DNA from: Octopus bimaculoides
Taxonomy: Eukaryota
Assembly: GCF_001194135.2 (NCBI RefSeq)
Contig: NC_069008.1
Coordinates: 17,588,723-17,652,722, forward strand
Direction: 5' to 3'
DNA length: 64,000 nucleotides
The notes beneath the pieces are model-generated. The model was not told where the DNA came from. It saw only the letters and a program-made list of their open reading frames with translations, and ran no database searches. Numbering within the stretch: the stretch's first letter is position 1; every line of letters starts with the position of its first letter. The translations under genes and the position numbers were made by a program. Shown here in pieces: positions 27,617-40,900 of the stretch.

Positions 27617-30375
27617 TGTGTGCATGTCTATGTGTGTGTTTCTGTGTACCACTAAGTGCTGGTGCAAGTGAGTGCAGTGAGGGTGCATACCTCCGCCATA
27701 GATTTAGTTATGCTGTCTATCATATTGCTTACAACACCGGCCTGCGATGCAGCTTCTTCAATCATCTGAAGTAAATCTTGCAGGACATCTTTCAGACCGG
27801 TTCCTGTCTCATCAATCTGAGCATGGGCTTTCTCCGCCTGAACAGCCATTAAAAACAAGAGAAAAACAATCAATTAAAACGAGCAAATGACATTCTTTTA
27901 TTCATTTATGTCTTCATCTTTTAGTTAAGAAGGAAGGTATTCTTACTACTGTATCTGCCTGTCAGTCTCCCTTGGGCAGTGCAGCTTAAAACCTCACTTT
28001 TCTCATTTTTCCTTTGAAGAATATTTAGAGTGGAAACCGGTTGGAATTTAAATAAGTAGATTTAACATACCTAAATGAAATAAATCTGCTTTTTTCTTAA
28101 TTATTCTAAAACGGTTAAATGGTAATTGTTTTAACATATCATCACCACCAAGATCCCTTAACTGATGCAGCTAATCATTGAGGTGCCACTCTATATGCTT
28201 TCATAGTCAGCTGTTGCGAACTGGTCCCTTTTCTTCATCATGTGTAGCAGGTTTGTTGTGCTTTGACCTATCTGGGCCTTCATGTTGTCAAACCAGAATT
28301 TTCTCAGTCTGCTGCTCTTTCATCTGCAGAAATGGCTTTGGACAAGGGGTTGTGGTGGGGTACATGACCACGGCAGGCAAGCTGCCATCTTTTTACCAGC
28401 ACAAGTAGTGGCTCCCGTCTGCCAGAATATTAGCCAACTTCCTGCCAGACAAAGATGTTTATTTTGTGCTCTATGTACAGGATGTGCTGCAACCTTCTGA
28501 AGCACTTGGGCTCAAATGCCTGAATTCTTCACTGCATGTCAGCTGCAAGAGTCCAGCTCTCACACTCATGCAGAATCTTAGCAACACTTCATTGTTGATT
28601 ACCTCAATGCGAACACTTATGTTATTGAACCTAGCCATTTCTGGCATCCTACATGTTGATGTGCCTTGATTCTATTAAATCTTAATAACTAATTTATTTA
28701 GAAAACAAAGAGACGACACTGCAAAAACCAAATGTTATGTAACGAACTTCATTAGCTTACAGCTGACTTTCCCAAATCAAGTTCACTTTATCTTCAAGGC
28801 TCTGATGAAGCTATAGGGTGTTACCCTGGTACTCAACTGAGAGTCCACTGCGTTTTATAGTAGAAACAGCTATAAGCTAATGAAGTTTATTACACATAAC
28901 CATTTTCTTTCCGAATCATCTCTGTTTTCTATCACCATTCTAAACTCATTTGACAGTGTGTTCTGGCCCATACGTATATTGAGTCCTACACCAGGCTATT
29001 ATTCTTGCTATGCTTAAACAAAATGTATAGATACATTTTGAGAAAGCGGAATAAATAAAGACAAATAGAATGATAAACAGATAAGAAAATACAAATAGAG
29101 ACAGACAGCCACAGATATATAAACAGATAGAGACAAAGTCAAGGTGCTCGGTGCATAGTTACCTTTGGGTTACCTCCCCCTTCTTTGCAGGCATATATAA
29201 ACTGCAGAGCAGATTCCAGTACAGTTTTAGTAAAATCCAGCGTTGATAACAGTTGTTTAGAGTTCATCATTTTGGATGCGGCGCCAATGGCACCTTCCGC
29301 CAGAGGCCCGAGGTAATTGGTTAAGAAGGAGATCTGGAAATAGAGGCACACATAATTATAAATAATAACAATAATAACCCTTTCTACTAAATAAAGGCAC
29401 GAGGTCTGAAATTTTGTGGGGGAAGGGAGTAGTTGATTACAAGGACACCAGTGCGTAACTGGTACTTAATTTAGTGACCCCAGAAAGGAAGAAAGGCAAA
29501 GTCGACCTCGGCGGAATTTGAACTCAGAACCTAACGGCAGACGAAATACCGCTAAGCATTTCGCCCGGCGTGCTAACCACTCTGCCAGGACACCGCCTTC
29601 TTACCACACAGCCATGCCTACACCTATCATCATCATCATCATGAAACAAGAATGACAAGAAGAAGAAGAAGAATGAAGAAGACAGTTGTTGACTCACCAT
29701 GTGACCAAGATTCTGTGCTTCAGATTTCGCTACGTTACAAATATTGTCCACTTTCTCGATAATTGGACAGAGACAGTGGAGCATCTGTTCCTGATAACCT
29801 TGCAGCGTCTTCTCGTTGNNNNNNNNNNNNNNNNNNNNNNNNNNNNNNNNNNNNNNNNNNNNNNNNNNNNNNNNNNNNNNNNNNNNNNNNNNNNNNNNNN
29901 NNNNNNNNNNNNNNNNNNNNNNNNNNNNNNNNNNNNNNNNNNNNNNNNNNNNNNNNNNNNNNNNNNNNNNNNNNNNNNNNNNNNNNNNNNNNNNNNNNNN
30001 NNNNNNNNNNNNNNNNNNNNNNNNNNNNNNNNNNNNNNNNNNNNNNNNNNNNNNNNNNNNNNNNNNNNNNNNNNNNNNNNNNNNNNNNNNNNNNNNNNNN
30101 NNNNNNNNNNNNNNNNNNNNNNNNNNNNNNNNNNNNNNNNNNNNNNNNNNNNNNNNNNNNNNNNNNNNNNNNNNNNNNNNNNNNNNNNNNNNNNNNNNNN
30201 NNNNNNNNNNNNNNNNNNNNNNNNNNNNNNNNNNNNNNNNNNNNNNNNNNNNNNNNNNNNNNNNNNNNNNNNNNNNNNNNNNNNNNNNNNNNNNNNNNNN
30301 NNNNNNNNNNNNNNNNNNNNNNNNNNNNNNNNNNNNNNNNNNNNNNNNNNNNNNNNNNNNNNNNNNNNNNNNNNN

Positions 30376-30424
<49 letters not shown>

Positions 30425-32570
30425 CGAAATCATAGTCATGGCTGATGCTGGTGTCACGTAACTGTCATGTAAAAAGCCCCTTTTGAGCGCTGAGCCACAT
30501 GGGGGAAAAGTGGCTGATGCCAGTGGCACATGAAAAGCTCCTTTCGAGTGTTGGGTGTCATGAGTAATCCTCATGGTGGACTAGCATCCCATCCAGGGAG
30601 AAACCAGAAAACTGGCCCTACGCTCCATACAGAGTAATGTAGACTAACCCATCGTCTGTCATTCCTGAAACCAGCCCTGCACCACCACACACAGAAGTGA
30701 CCACAAGTGAGGTTTGGCACCAAAGAGGGAACAACACAAATACTGGAAAAAGATGAGTTTAGTGAAAGCTTCACTTACTTTATGGAAGATACCAATTTCT
30801 TCATGGCATCAGAGACACTCTTGGAATGGTTAGAATACAACTGGTAGGTTGAAGGATCTTTAGGGTTGACAGCCAGTTGTTTAGCAGCTTGAAGCATATG
30901 GCAGGCACCGTCTATCATTGACATGCCGGCCAAAGTGATCGGTTCTTGAGCTTTTTGAGCCTGTTCAAACAGAACAAACATTATTATTATTACAAATTTT
31001 CTTTATGCAAAGAAAGCATCATTAAATAAAATAAAAATGTATTTATCTCATAGCTTTGAGATTTCAACGACATTGTAGGGTAAGTTTGAGAGGCCAGACA
31101 TGGCCAGTCTGAATATAAAGCAGGTAGAACATTTGGGCCCAATATGGCTGATTTACATGTTAAAGGGTTCAAGAGAGTAGGGAGTTTGTTGAGAGGAGAT
31201 TTAGCCGTTACATTGTGCAAGGTCAAGTAACTACATAGAAGCTCTCTCATTGGTTCACGTGGTCCCTATTTTAACCCTTTAGCATTCAGATTATTCTCAG
31301 CAAATGTAATGCTTATTTTTTCACAATGTTTTCAGCTAATCCTCGATTATCTCATAGCTTTGAGATTTCAATGGTGTGATTAGAATGACATTGCAGAGTA
31401 GGTGTGAAAGGCAGGATCTGGCCAGTTTGAACATAAAACAGGGAGAATATTTGTGCTGAAGACGACTGGTTTAAATGGTAAAAGATTGAAGTAAATTTTG
31501 CTATTTCTCACAGATCAACCCCCCCTACCCCATATAGTAGCCCCTGTTGGCCCTTACCTCTGTACTGATCTTAGCGGGGACACTTGCAAAGTCAGGTGAA
31601 GAAGCAAAACAAGTCAATTCGTCAACAGCCTTGAGGAGGGGCACTGCAGCTTTTGCACAATTTTGGCGGTTTTCTTCAGTGAAATCAATGTCTAGGTTCT
31701 GTAAAGAGACACGAGAAATTGATAATGATAATTACAGCATCAGTAATAATAATAATAATTTATTCCTTTATTAGCCACAAGGGCTCACGTACAAAACATT
31801 GACATACAACAACATAAAAGACAAAAACAGGATGGTACAAAGGGTTTTACAGTGTGTAAACGATATAATTAAAAATTACATTAAACTCCCAACAGGGGAG
31901 GTGCTTTAAGGTCCTTGTGGAAAAACCCATAAAAGCCACAGGTGCCTGAACAACAGGGTAAGAGCCCTTCTTTTTTTTACAGGTACACACTGGCCATTCT
32001 TCCAACATTCACCCACCTTTCAACAAACTCAACAGGTANNNNNNNNNNNNNNNNNNNNNNNNNNNNNNNNNNNNNNNNNNNNNNNNNNNNNNNNNNNNNN
32101 NNNNNNNNNNNNNNNNNNNNNNNNNNNNNNNNNNNNNNNNNNNNNNNNNNNNNNNNNNNNNNNNNNNNNNNNNNNNNNNNNNNNNNNNNNNNNNNNNNNN
32201 NNNNNNNNNNNNNNNNNNNNNNNNNNNNNNNNNNNNNNNNNNNNNNNNNNNNNNNNNNNNNNNNNNNNNNNNNNNNNNNNNNNNNNNNNNNNNNNNNNNN
32301 NNNNNNTGACGATGCTAGTCGGCAGGCATTACATAGGGCAGATGTGTGTTTAGCAACAACAGTAGCAGCAGAGAGGACCTAGCGGAGGCACGCAAGCAGA
32401 AAGAAACAATAAGGAAACCAGTTAGGGAGAGAGAGAGATTTTAAACAAATTGATAAAAAAGGGATCACAATAAACAAAAACTGGGTTTCCTTTACAGTTG
32501 GTGGTGGTGGGCATTAGCTTCATAATTAGGGAAAAATAGAGAGCATACAGCTATACATACATCCGTATAG

Positions 32571-32602
<32 letters not shown>

Positions 32603-34845
32603 TAATCCTTTAGCATTTAGACTGACCATATTTGGCCAAAAAATCCTGCTTTATGCCCTGACTGGCCAGACCTGGCCTCTCACACCTACCCCACAATGTC
32701 ATTCTAAGAATAAACAATCATACAATGAGATAATCCATGATTGATTGATAACGATGTGAATAAGCATCACATTTAACAGATTAATGGAAAGGTTAACGAG
32801 TTAAATGTATGTCTGTTTTATATATATATATATATATCTTTTTACTTGTTTCAGTCATTTGACCACGGCCATGCTGGAGCACCACCTTTAGTCGAACAAC
32901 TCGACCCCAGGACTTAATCTTTCTAAGCCTGGTACTTATTTTATGAAAAAATTAATAAGAGAAGTATAGAAAAAATATCAAAACATCAGGACCTGGCCAT
33001 GGAATTAGAGAAATTACTCCATTACAAAAAAGACTGCAATCATCAGATGAAACAGTTTTACAAACCAAAGACAATCCCAAGAATACAGCAGGGAATCCTT
33101 ATTTTGATAAATGTATTTCTGTATATCAATGTAAGATATATGCGCATATGTGTAAGAAACATAGTGGGCCACATTCCTTTTAACACACAACTGTATGAAT
33201 ACACATACACATGTGAGTGAGTGTGCGCATGTATACGTACACACAAACATACACCAGTTATTACATTCAATATAAAATATGAGATTAAATAATGAAAAAG
33301 AAATAGGTGAATTAAAACAGCCATTACAAAACAACAAAACAATTTAATATAGAGCAAAAAACAGCAAAACAAAAAGTAAAAAAAACAAACTGAAAAACTA
33401 CAAATGGGAGAAAAAATATAAAAACTGTAAGAAAAGCAAATTTAATTCAGATATCCTATTAGGGTTCAATTCTAAGCTGCTGCAACAAACAAGGTTTGAA
33501 GCCAGTGCTTTGACCCAAAAGAAAATTTAGTTAAGTTCACAGAGCTTGGAGTGGTCGAGAAAAGGGTTAGCTGTACTGATTTTATCTAGGGACAAATTGT
33601 CACTACATACAGACATACACACATATTATATTTCTACATTTGGTTATGATTAAATTTCTGCTGTAGCTATTATGTAATATACATTACATAACACACACAA
33701 CTAAACCATTGTTATCATGCCTGGTTATGGACATGGTATTTGAGTGGGCACATTGTTTTCCCCCTACAGTTACAAAACCTGGACAATGTCCATGGCATTT
33801 GGGAGCTGCTTAAACTTCTTGTAGCTTCACAGGATGATGAACTACCACTGGTCAAATTTCCCATCCAACCAACAATGGTAGTCGGAAACTGGGATGCATC
33901 CAGTTACTTCATACACATACAACACGATTGTTCATTTATTGAATGTCTGTTTGTCCCATGTTACAATAGGTTTAAACAAGGACTTATTTCAAGGTGGGAT
34001 TCTACAGCTGGATGCTCTTCCCATCTCTAACCCTTACCATTTATTTCTTAAGTAAGGAATTTCTTAAATTCTGCAAGTCTTCAAAAACGAAAATAAAAAG
34101 ACACCACTACTACTCTTCTAAACGGTGACAAATTAAACGAGATTCGTTAATAATTTGAATTAAAGCAATATTATTGCATAATACTAAAATTAAGTACCAT
34201 TTATTTCTAATTGAAATAGAATTTCCACAAAAATTAAAAGAAACAAATACATACATACTAAAAAAAAAATAATATAATTAAATTGAAATTAAAACAAAAA
34301 CAAAATTAAAACAACAACAAAACAACGAACAAATATAATTAACAGAAATGAAATTGGTGTTAGTTTATTACTACCACTACTACTACTGCTATTATTTATT
34401 ACTGCCAAAGGTGGTAGTAGTAGCAGTAGTTTACTACAGTCAGTGTGACTACAAATAGTATATACTGTTTACTGCTGCAACCACTACCACTACTAATACT
34501 ACCACTACTACTACTACTATCATTAAAACTTGCTGCTATTACAGCTACTAGTACACTACCGCCAGCACAATCATCAATAGTTATGATGTAACTACTACCA
34601 CCATCATCAGTTGACATTTCTACTACTACTACTACTACTACTACTACAATACTTGTAGGGGTTCCTTGAATAGCCTTAGGTGGTGGTTCTAACCCCTGAC
34701 ACCCCAGTCTACTATCAAGGGGTATATATGTGTATAAATGTCAACTACTTTCATTTAATTCCTGTGTAGACCCCTATATTTTGTGTTACCTTTCTCCCCC
34801 ACAATGTTTGCTCTTACACCACTCTAAAAGAAATTATTATTATTA

Positions 34846-34883
<38 letters not shown>

Positions 34884-36544
34884 GATGTCACACAGTATCC
34901 AATGTTGTGATGTTGTTGATTGAAGATATTGTGTCTGTTGGGGGTTTGCACTGTTTGTCAAGTCACAACAAAGACCTCAGACACACAGTACTTTGGTGAG
35001 CTGGCCAGAATCATTAGCATACCACCAGGCATTTGGTCCATCTCTCTGTTCTGAGTTCAAATTCTGCCAAGGCTGACTTATTATCATTATTTTCATTAAC
35101 ATCTTTCAATTCTGTTTCCATTTCTTGCCGAGTGTCTTCCTGACACCTAGGGCAGAGAAACGCACTGTATAGAAACTATCATTATTAATATTATTATTTA
35201 AGGCAGTGAGCTGGCAGACACATTGGTGCGCCGAGCAAAATGCTCAGCAGCATTTCATCCATCTTTATGTTCCGAGTTGAAATTCTACCGAGGTAGACTT
35301 GGCCTTTCATCTTTTCACGTCCGATAAAATAAATACCTTTCTTCTCTATCTAAATGTGCTGGCACAATAGCAACAACCAATAAAAGATGTGATTTTCTCC
35401 ATTCTTGTTCTATACTTGGAATTTCTTGAAATTCTTCTAAGAGATAACTGGATCTACTTATACACAAGGAATTACTTTGGATGTTAATCCTATTTGGATT
35501 TATTTTCTGATAAAGTTAACCAAATTCTATTAATACTGAGAGCTTCCTAGATAACTGTTTGGATTTATTAATCCGTTTTACCTCCAATATATACTGTTTA
35601 TAATGTGTGTATATATGTATATACCTGTAAACTAAACAAAATATAAAAAGTTGAACAAAAACAACATAAGACATGCACTACTTATACACAAATACATGCA
35701 TCTATCTCTATGAAGACATATAAATGTTTAAAAGGGAAAGGCTGATAGTGACTTCAAAGTTTTAGTTTAGTTGCTTTCGTCAGATTGTCTTATGTGTACA
35801 AACCAGCAAAAATTTTGAGTTCACTGTCAATTTTCACTGGCCCCTTGAAATACAGGTACGACTCATTTTTACCAGTTGAGTGGACTGGAACAAAGTGAAA
35901 TGAAGTGTCTTGCTCAAGGGCACAATGCACCACAGGGAATCGAACTTGAGACCCTATAATCATGAGCCAAATACCCTAACCATTAAGCCACGTGCCTTCA
36001 CACAGACGTACTTGTATATGAAATGCCATAACTTTCAGTGCTGGCTCTAATTTCTAAAAATCTGTAGAGATAACTTTAAAAAGTGAATGTATTGCACTGC
36101 TAACACAGGCAGAATATGGTATTGACTTATAACGCCTTTAATATACTTGGTAGTATATTACAGTTGCTTAACGAAATACAATGTCCCTCCCAACAATTTG
36201 TATAAACTTTAATTTATAATATATGTGCTTGTTCTGGTCTTAGTTACTTGTATCTCAATGTGGCCCATTATAATGAGACATGTTTATACATATATATAAT
36301 GTGCAAAGAAAACCCCTATGCATGTACAAGTGATTCAAGTTCCTTAATTCTACATCATCAGGGACCTTAATATACTATAAGAGCCCCAATAAAGAATTGA
36401 GCAACTTGAAGCAGCTGTTCCATTGGTGGGGCTTATATTTGAATAAAAACTGTTTCAACTGGTATTGAGCACTCTTGATTAAGATCATCTCTTGCATACA
36501 CAGATACACTTACAGCAAGATACAATTTCATACAAAAAACATAC

Positions 36545-36580
<36 letters not shown>

Positions 36581-36929
36581 NNNNNNNNNNNNNNNNNNNN
36601 NNNNNNNNNNNNNNNNNNNNNNNNNNNNNNNNNNNNNNNNNNNNNNNNNNNNNNNNNNNNNNNNNNNNNNNNNNNNNNNNNNNNNNNNNNNNNNNNNNNN
36701 NNNNNNNNNNNNNNNNNNNNNNNNNNNNNNNNNNNNNNNNNNNNNNNNATATATATACATATATATATATACATATATATATATACATATATATATATAC
36801 ATATATATATATATACATGCGTTACAGAATGCAGTTGCATAGTACATGCATATTAATGAAAGTGCATTTTTACATCACAAAAGTTGTGTGCATGAATATA
36901 TGCAGTAGGTATTTATGTGTGGGTATATG

Positions 36930-36974
<45 letters not shown>

Positions 36975-37918
36975 TAAGATAGTTCTCTAATGAATAAATG
37001 TGAGAGCAATGAAGGAACCAATTAAAATAGCTCTAGCCCTATCCACCCTCCCCAACAATTGTTTACACTTGCAGATTCCATAGATATTTTGACAATGATG
37101 TAAAAAGTTACTTTTTACTCCAGGATTGAAATGAATGTTTGTGTTGGACCTAATGAGTTTTAAATGTCTTTGCTGTTAACCCTACATGTACCAATTACCA
37201 ATTCAATATCATACGCTGCTCTATACAGCAGACACTTTCCATCAAGGGGACAGTTAAGTTGGTTTCAGGTGGTTGTAGTCAAATCTGTGAGTGTGTGTGT
37301 ATACATTTATACACATACATGAACATGTGAAAAAAAAAGGAGTTAGTAGAGCAGAAAAAAAAAACCTCGGGTGCATGCATATGCCAGCCTTGTGCAAAAT
37401 TGTGCATATTCAGACATAAAACATGCATTTGTCAATATATATGCATATTTGTGCTTGTGTGTGTGTATGCACAGAAGTATGTGTATATTATATATATATA
37501 TATATATATATACATATGCACATACACACAAAACACATTTTGCGTAAGTATATATGTGAGATCTGTTTACACTCATATGTAATAACTATATGTGTGTGTA
37601 TGTATATATATAGATGCATATTTATATACATACACACACATACATATGCACACCTTCACATACTTATCGATATATGACAAAAGATTGTGTATGTATGTAT
37701 ATCATCTTGTGTGTGTATGTATGTACGTGTGTTATACTAAGTGTGCCCAAATTACCTCAAGTCTCATTTTTTTCTGAAACAGATATACATATACACACAT
37801 ATATATATATATACATAAACATAAATATATACAAACATATATATACATACATAACTTATTTAAGATACAGACAATTATACATACACACACATGTATATAC
37901 ATACAAACATATACATCC

Positions 37919-37959
<41 letters not shown>

Positions 37960-40900
37960 NNNNNNNNNNNNNNNNNNNNNNNNNNNNNNNNNNNNNNNNN
38001 NNNNNNNNNNNNNNNNNNNNNNNNNNNNNNNNNNNNNNNNNNNNNNNNNNNNNNNNNNNNNNNNNNNNNNNNNNNNNNNNNNNNNNNNNNNNNNNNNNNN
38101 NNNNNNNNNNNNNNNNNNNNNNNNNNNNNNNNNNNNNNNNNNNNNNNNNNNNNNNNNNNNNNNNNNNNNNNNNNNNNNNNNNNNNNNNNNNNNNNNNNNN
38201 NNNNNNNNNNNNNNNNNNNNNNNNNNNNNNNNNNNNNNNNNNNNNNNNNNNNNNNNNNNNNNNNNNNNNNNNNNNNNNNNNNNNNNNNNNNNNNNNNNNN
38301 NNNNNNNNNNNNNNNNNNNNNNNNNNNNNNNNNNNNNNNNNNNNNNNNNNNNNNNNNNNNNNNNNNNNNNNNNNNNNNNNNNNNNNNNNNNNNNNNNNNN
38401 NNNNNNNNNNNNNNNNNNNNNNNNNNNNNNNNNNNNNNNNNNNNNNNNNNNNNNNNNNNNNNNNNNNCAAAGCAAACAACAACAACAACAACAACAACAC
38501 AAAAGACAGCAACATTAACAAAAAAATTATAAAAAAACAAGAAACAAACATCAGTGAGGGAGCTACTGTGTAATCACTCAACCAGCTAGAAATAACAACC
38601 AAATAACCCTACAATCTTAAGAAATGGAAGGTCATTAAATAATGTAGTCTCAGAGGCATTATGTTTGAATAAAGATTGGGATGGGCATGGTAGGAACAGC
38701 ATTTTTTGGTCAAGACTGCCTTAAGACTAAATGATATCAACAGTAAAGACACACAAGATAATGTACTCCTTGATACACTATGTCAGAGTGTAAAATGGTA
38801 TAATAACAAAGGGTATGGCCATTTGTTACATGTCTACTGAAAGTGGAACATACAACCGGTGTTGGTATGTTTATGTCCATGTAACTTAGCAGTTTGGCAA
38901 AAGAGACTGACAGAATAAGTACCAGGTTTAAAAAAAAAAGTACTGGGGTTGATTCATTTGATTACTTAAAAAATAAGTAAGGGAGGGCATCTGGCTGTAA
39001 AACATTGCCCCAAGAACATAAGCATCTAACTGATGCCAATGTGAAAAATGGACATAAAATTAATGATGGACTGAATGAACCCAGGTCTGTCTCATCTGTG
39101 CTTACATCACAAATGGTATCTTGATTTCTGTTTGGCATTCGTTACTCCTGAAGATATGGGTAACACATCACACTCAAATTATGTACGATGATAATGTAAT
39201 TATGCATGTAATGTTTTTATTATATTGAAACAGATGTAGAGTAAAAATTTCAAATTATATATGCGAAATTTATGCCCTTCTGTCATTTATTCTAAATATG
39301 TAGGTGTATACAAACACACATGTATACAGACATCTTCAAAATATCTAATATATATACTAAAACTCACAACACATACTATCACCAGTGTTAAATATGTATA
39401 TATGTGCATATAGCACACTATATGCGTAAATATTTGGTGTTTGCTTCTAGACATGCATTCTTTGATGATAAATGTATATATGTTCATGGAGCACTGCAAT
39501 ACATGTACTTACGAGCAAAGAGAAATATGTAAAATATGTATGCTTGCATCTGTGCGCACAGCTGTGATGCATGTAAACATGCATACAGCAATGCAGAGCA
39601 TGCACATGGGCACCAATATATGTATATATGAGCACACTGCTCTAAGTTTTGCAATAATATGTAACACTGTATGAAATGACCAATACAGACAGACATGTTA
39701 AGTGCAGCATTATAAAGAGAAGTGCACAATACAGGAATTGTAGACAAATGTACAAAGATTCAAAACTTGTTGCATTAAGACATGCAAACTGTCCCTAAAT
39801 ATACAAAACATTGCACAAAATAAAATACACAATTTTATGAAATATAAGGTGGTGCAGCAGAGAGAGCACCATATTGAGAATGTAGAAATACTGCACAATC
39901 TTGAAGCTACTTAAGAGTGCACAAGGAGCGTCATACTGAAAATAAACACCACTGCACATAGTGCACTATCATGAAATTGCACATCCGCTGCAACATACTA
40001 AAACCAATAGAAAACAGCATCAATAGACTACACTGCACTAGATGAAGTGCATAGCAGCAAAAATCTGTAATTCACCATCATCATCATAAACTATATTGCT
40101 GCGATTGTTGCACATCACAGCAAAAAATCAAACCTGAACCACAACAGAGTTTAAAAACGCTGTGCACATTTAAGTGCATCATCCTCATACTATAACACTG
40201 CACTGAAAATAGATATCAAATTAAGGTGCATGGCACTGCACACAAAAATAATCTGTAGTGCATTAATTGCTGTACATCACACAGGAACTATACAATGCAC
40301 ACTGTGCATTACTGAAAAGAACCATATTACAAACAAGGCAGCACATGGAAGTGCACATACAGATAGAGTGCAGAAATGGCTGCATATCACACTGGAATGA
40401 CAACATTGCACACAGTGCATCACTAGACATGAAAGTGCTCGGCAGTGCATATACATAGAGTGCATAAACCACAATACATTATACTGGAGCTATACAAAGT
40501 AGACACACGCAGTGCATAACAGAAAGTAGGGGAACACTGCAGACATTAAAAAGGTGCAGGGCTGCACAGAAGAAAAGACTACTCCATCTACATTCAACAC
40601 ATTGCACCTTGAAGGGATGCCCGGGCACATTATCCCTACCACCACTCTTGCTCTCTGTCTCTCCCTCTCCAGCTGAGATAACCACCCATCTTCTCGACTG
40701 CAAGATGCCTGTTGCCACCCTTTTATCATAATTAAATCTCTCAGCACCTAGCAAATAGCTACCTGCCTCTCTAGTACACACAACATCAAAGGATCTTGTT
40801 CTGTGAGTTATTTGGTGGGAGGTAGGGGGAGGTAGAGGTGAGGCTGAAGGAAATAGAAGAGGGCACAGGAGGAGCTGATAAGTGACAGAAGAGGAGGATA

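Noticed and set aside
34399-34617. Minus ORF MSTDDGGSS... as a terminal exon
   Set aside because: Derived from decayed (TAG/AGT)n repeat; no acceptor support
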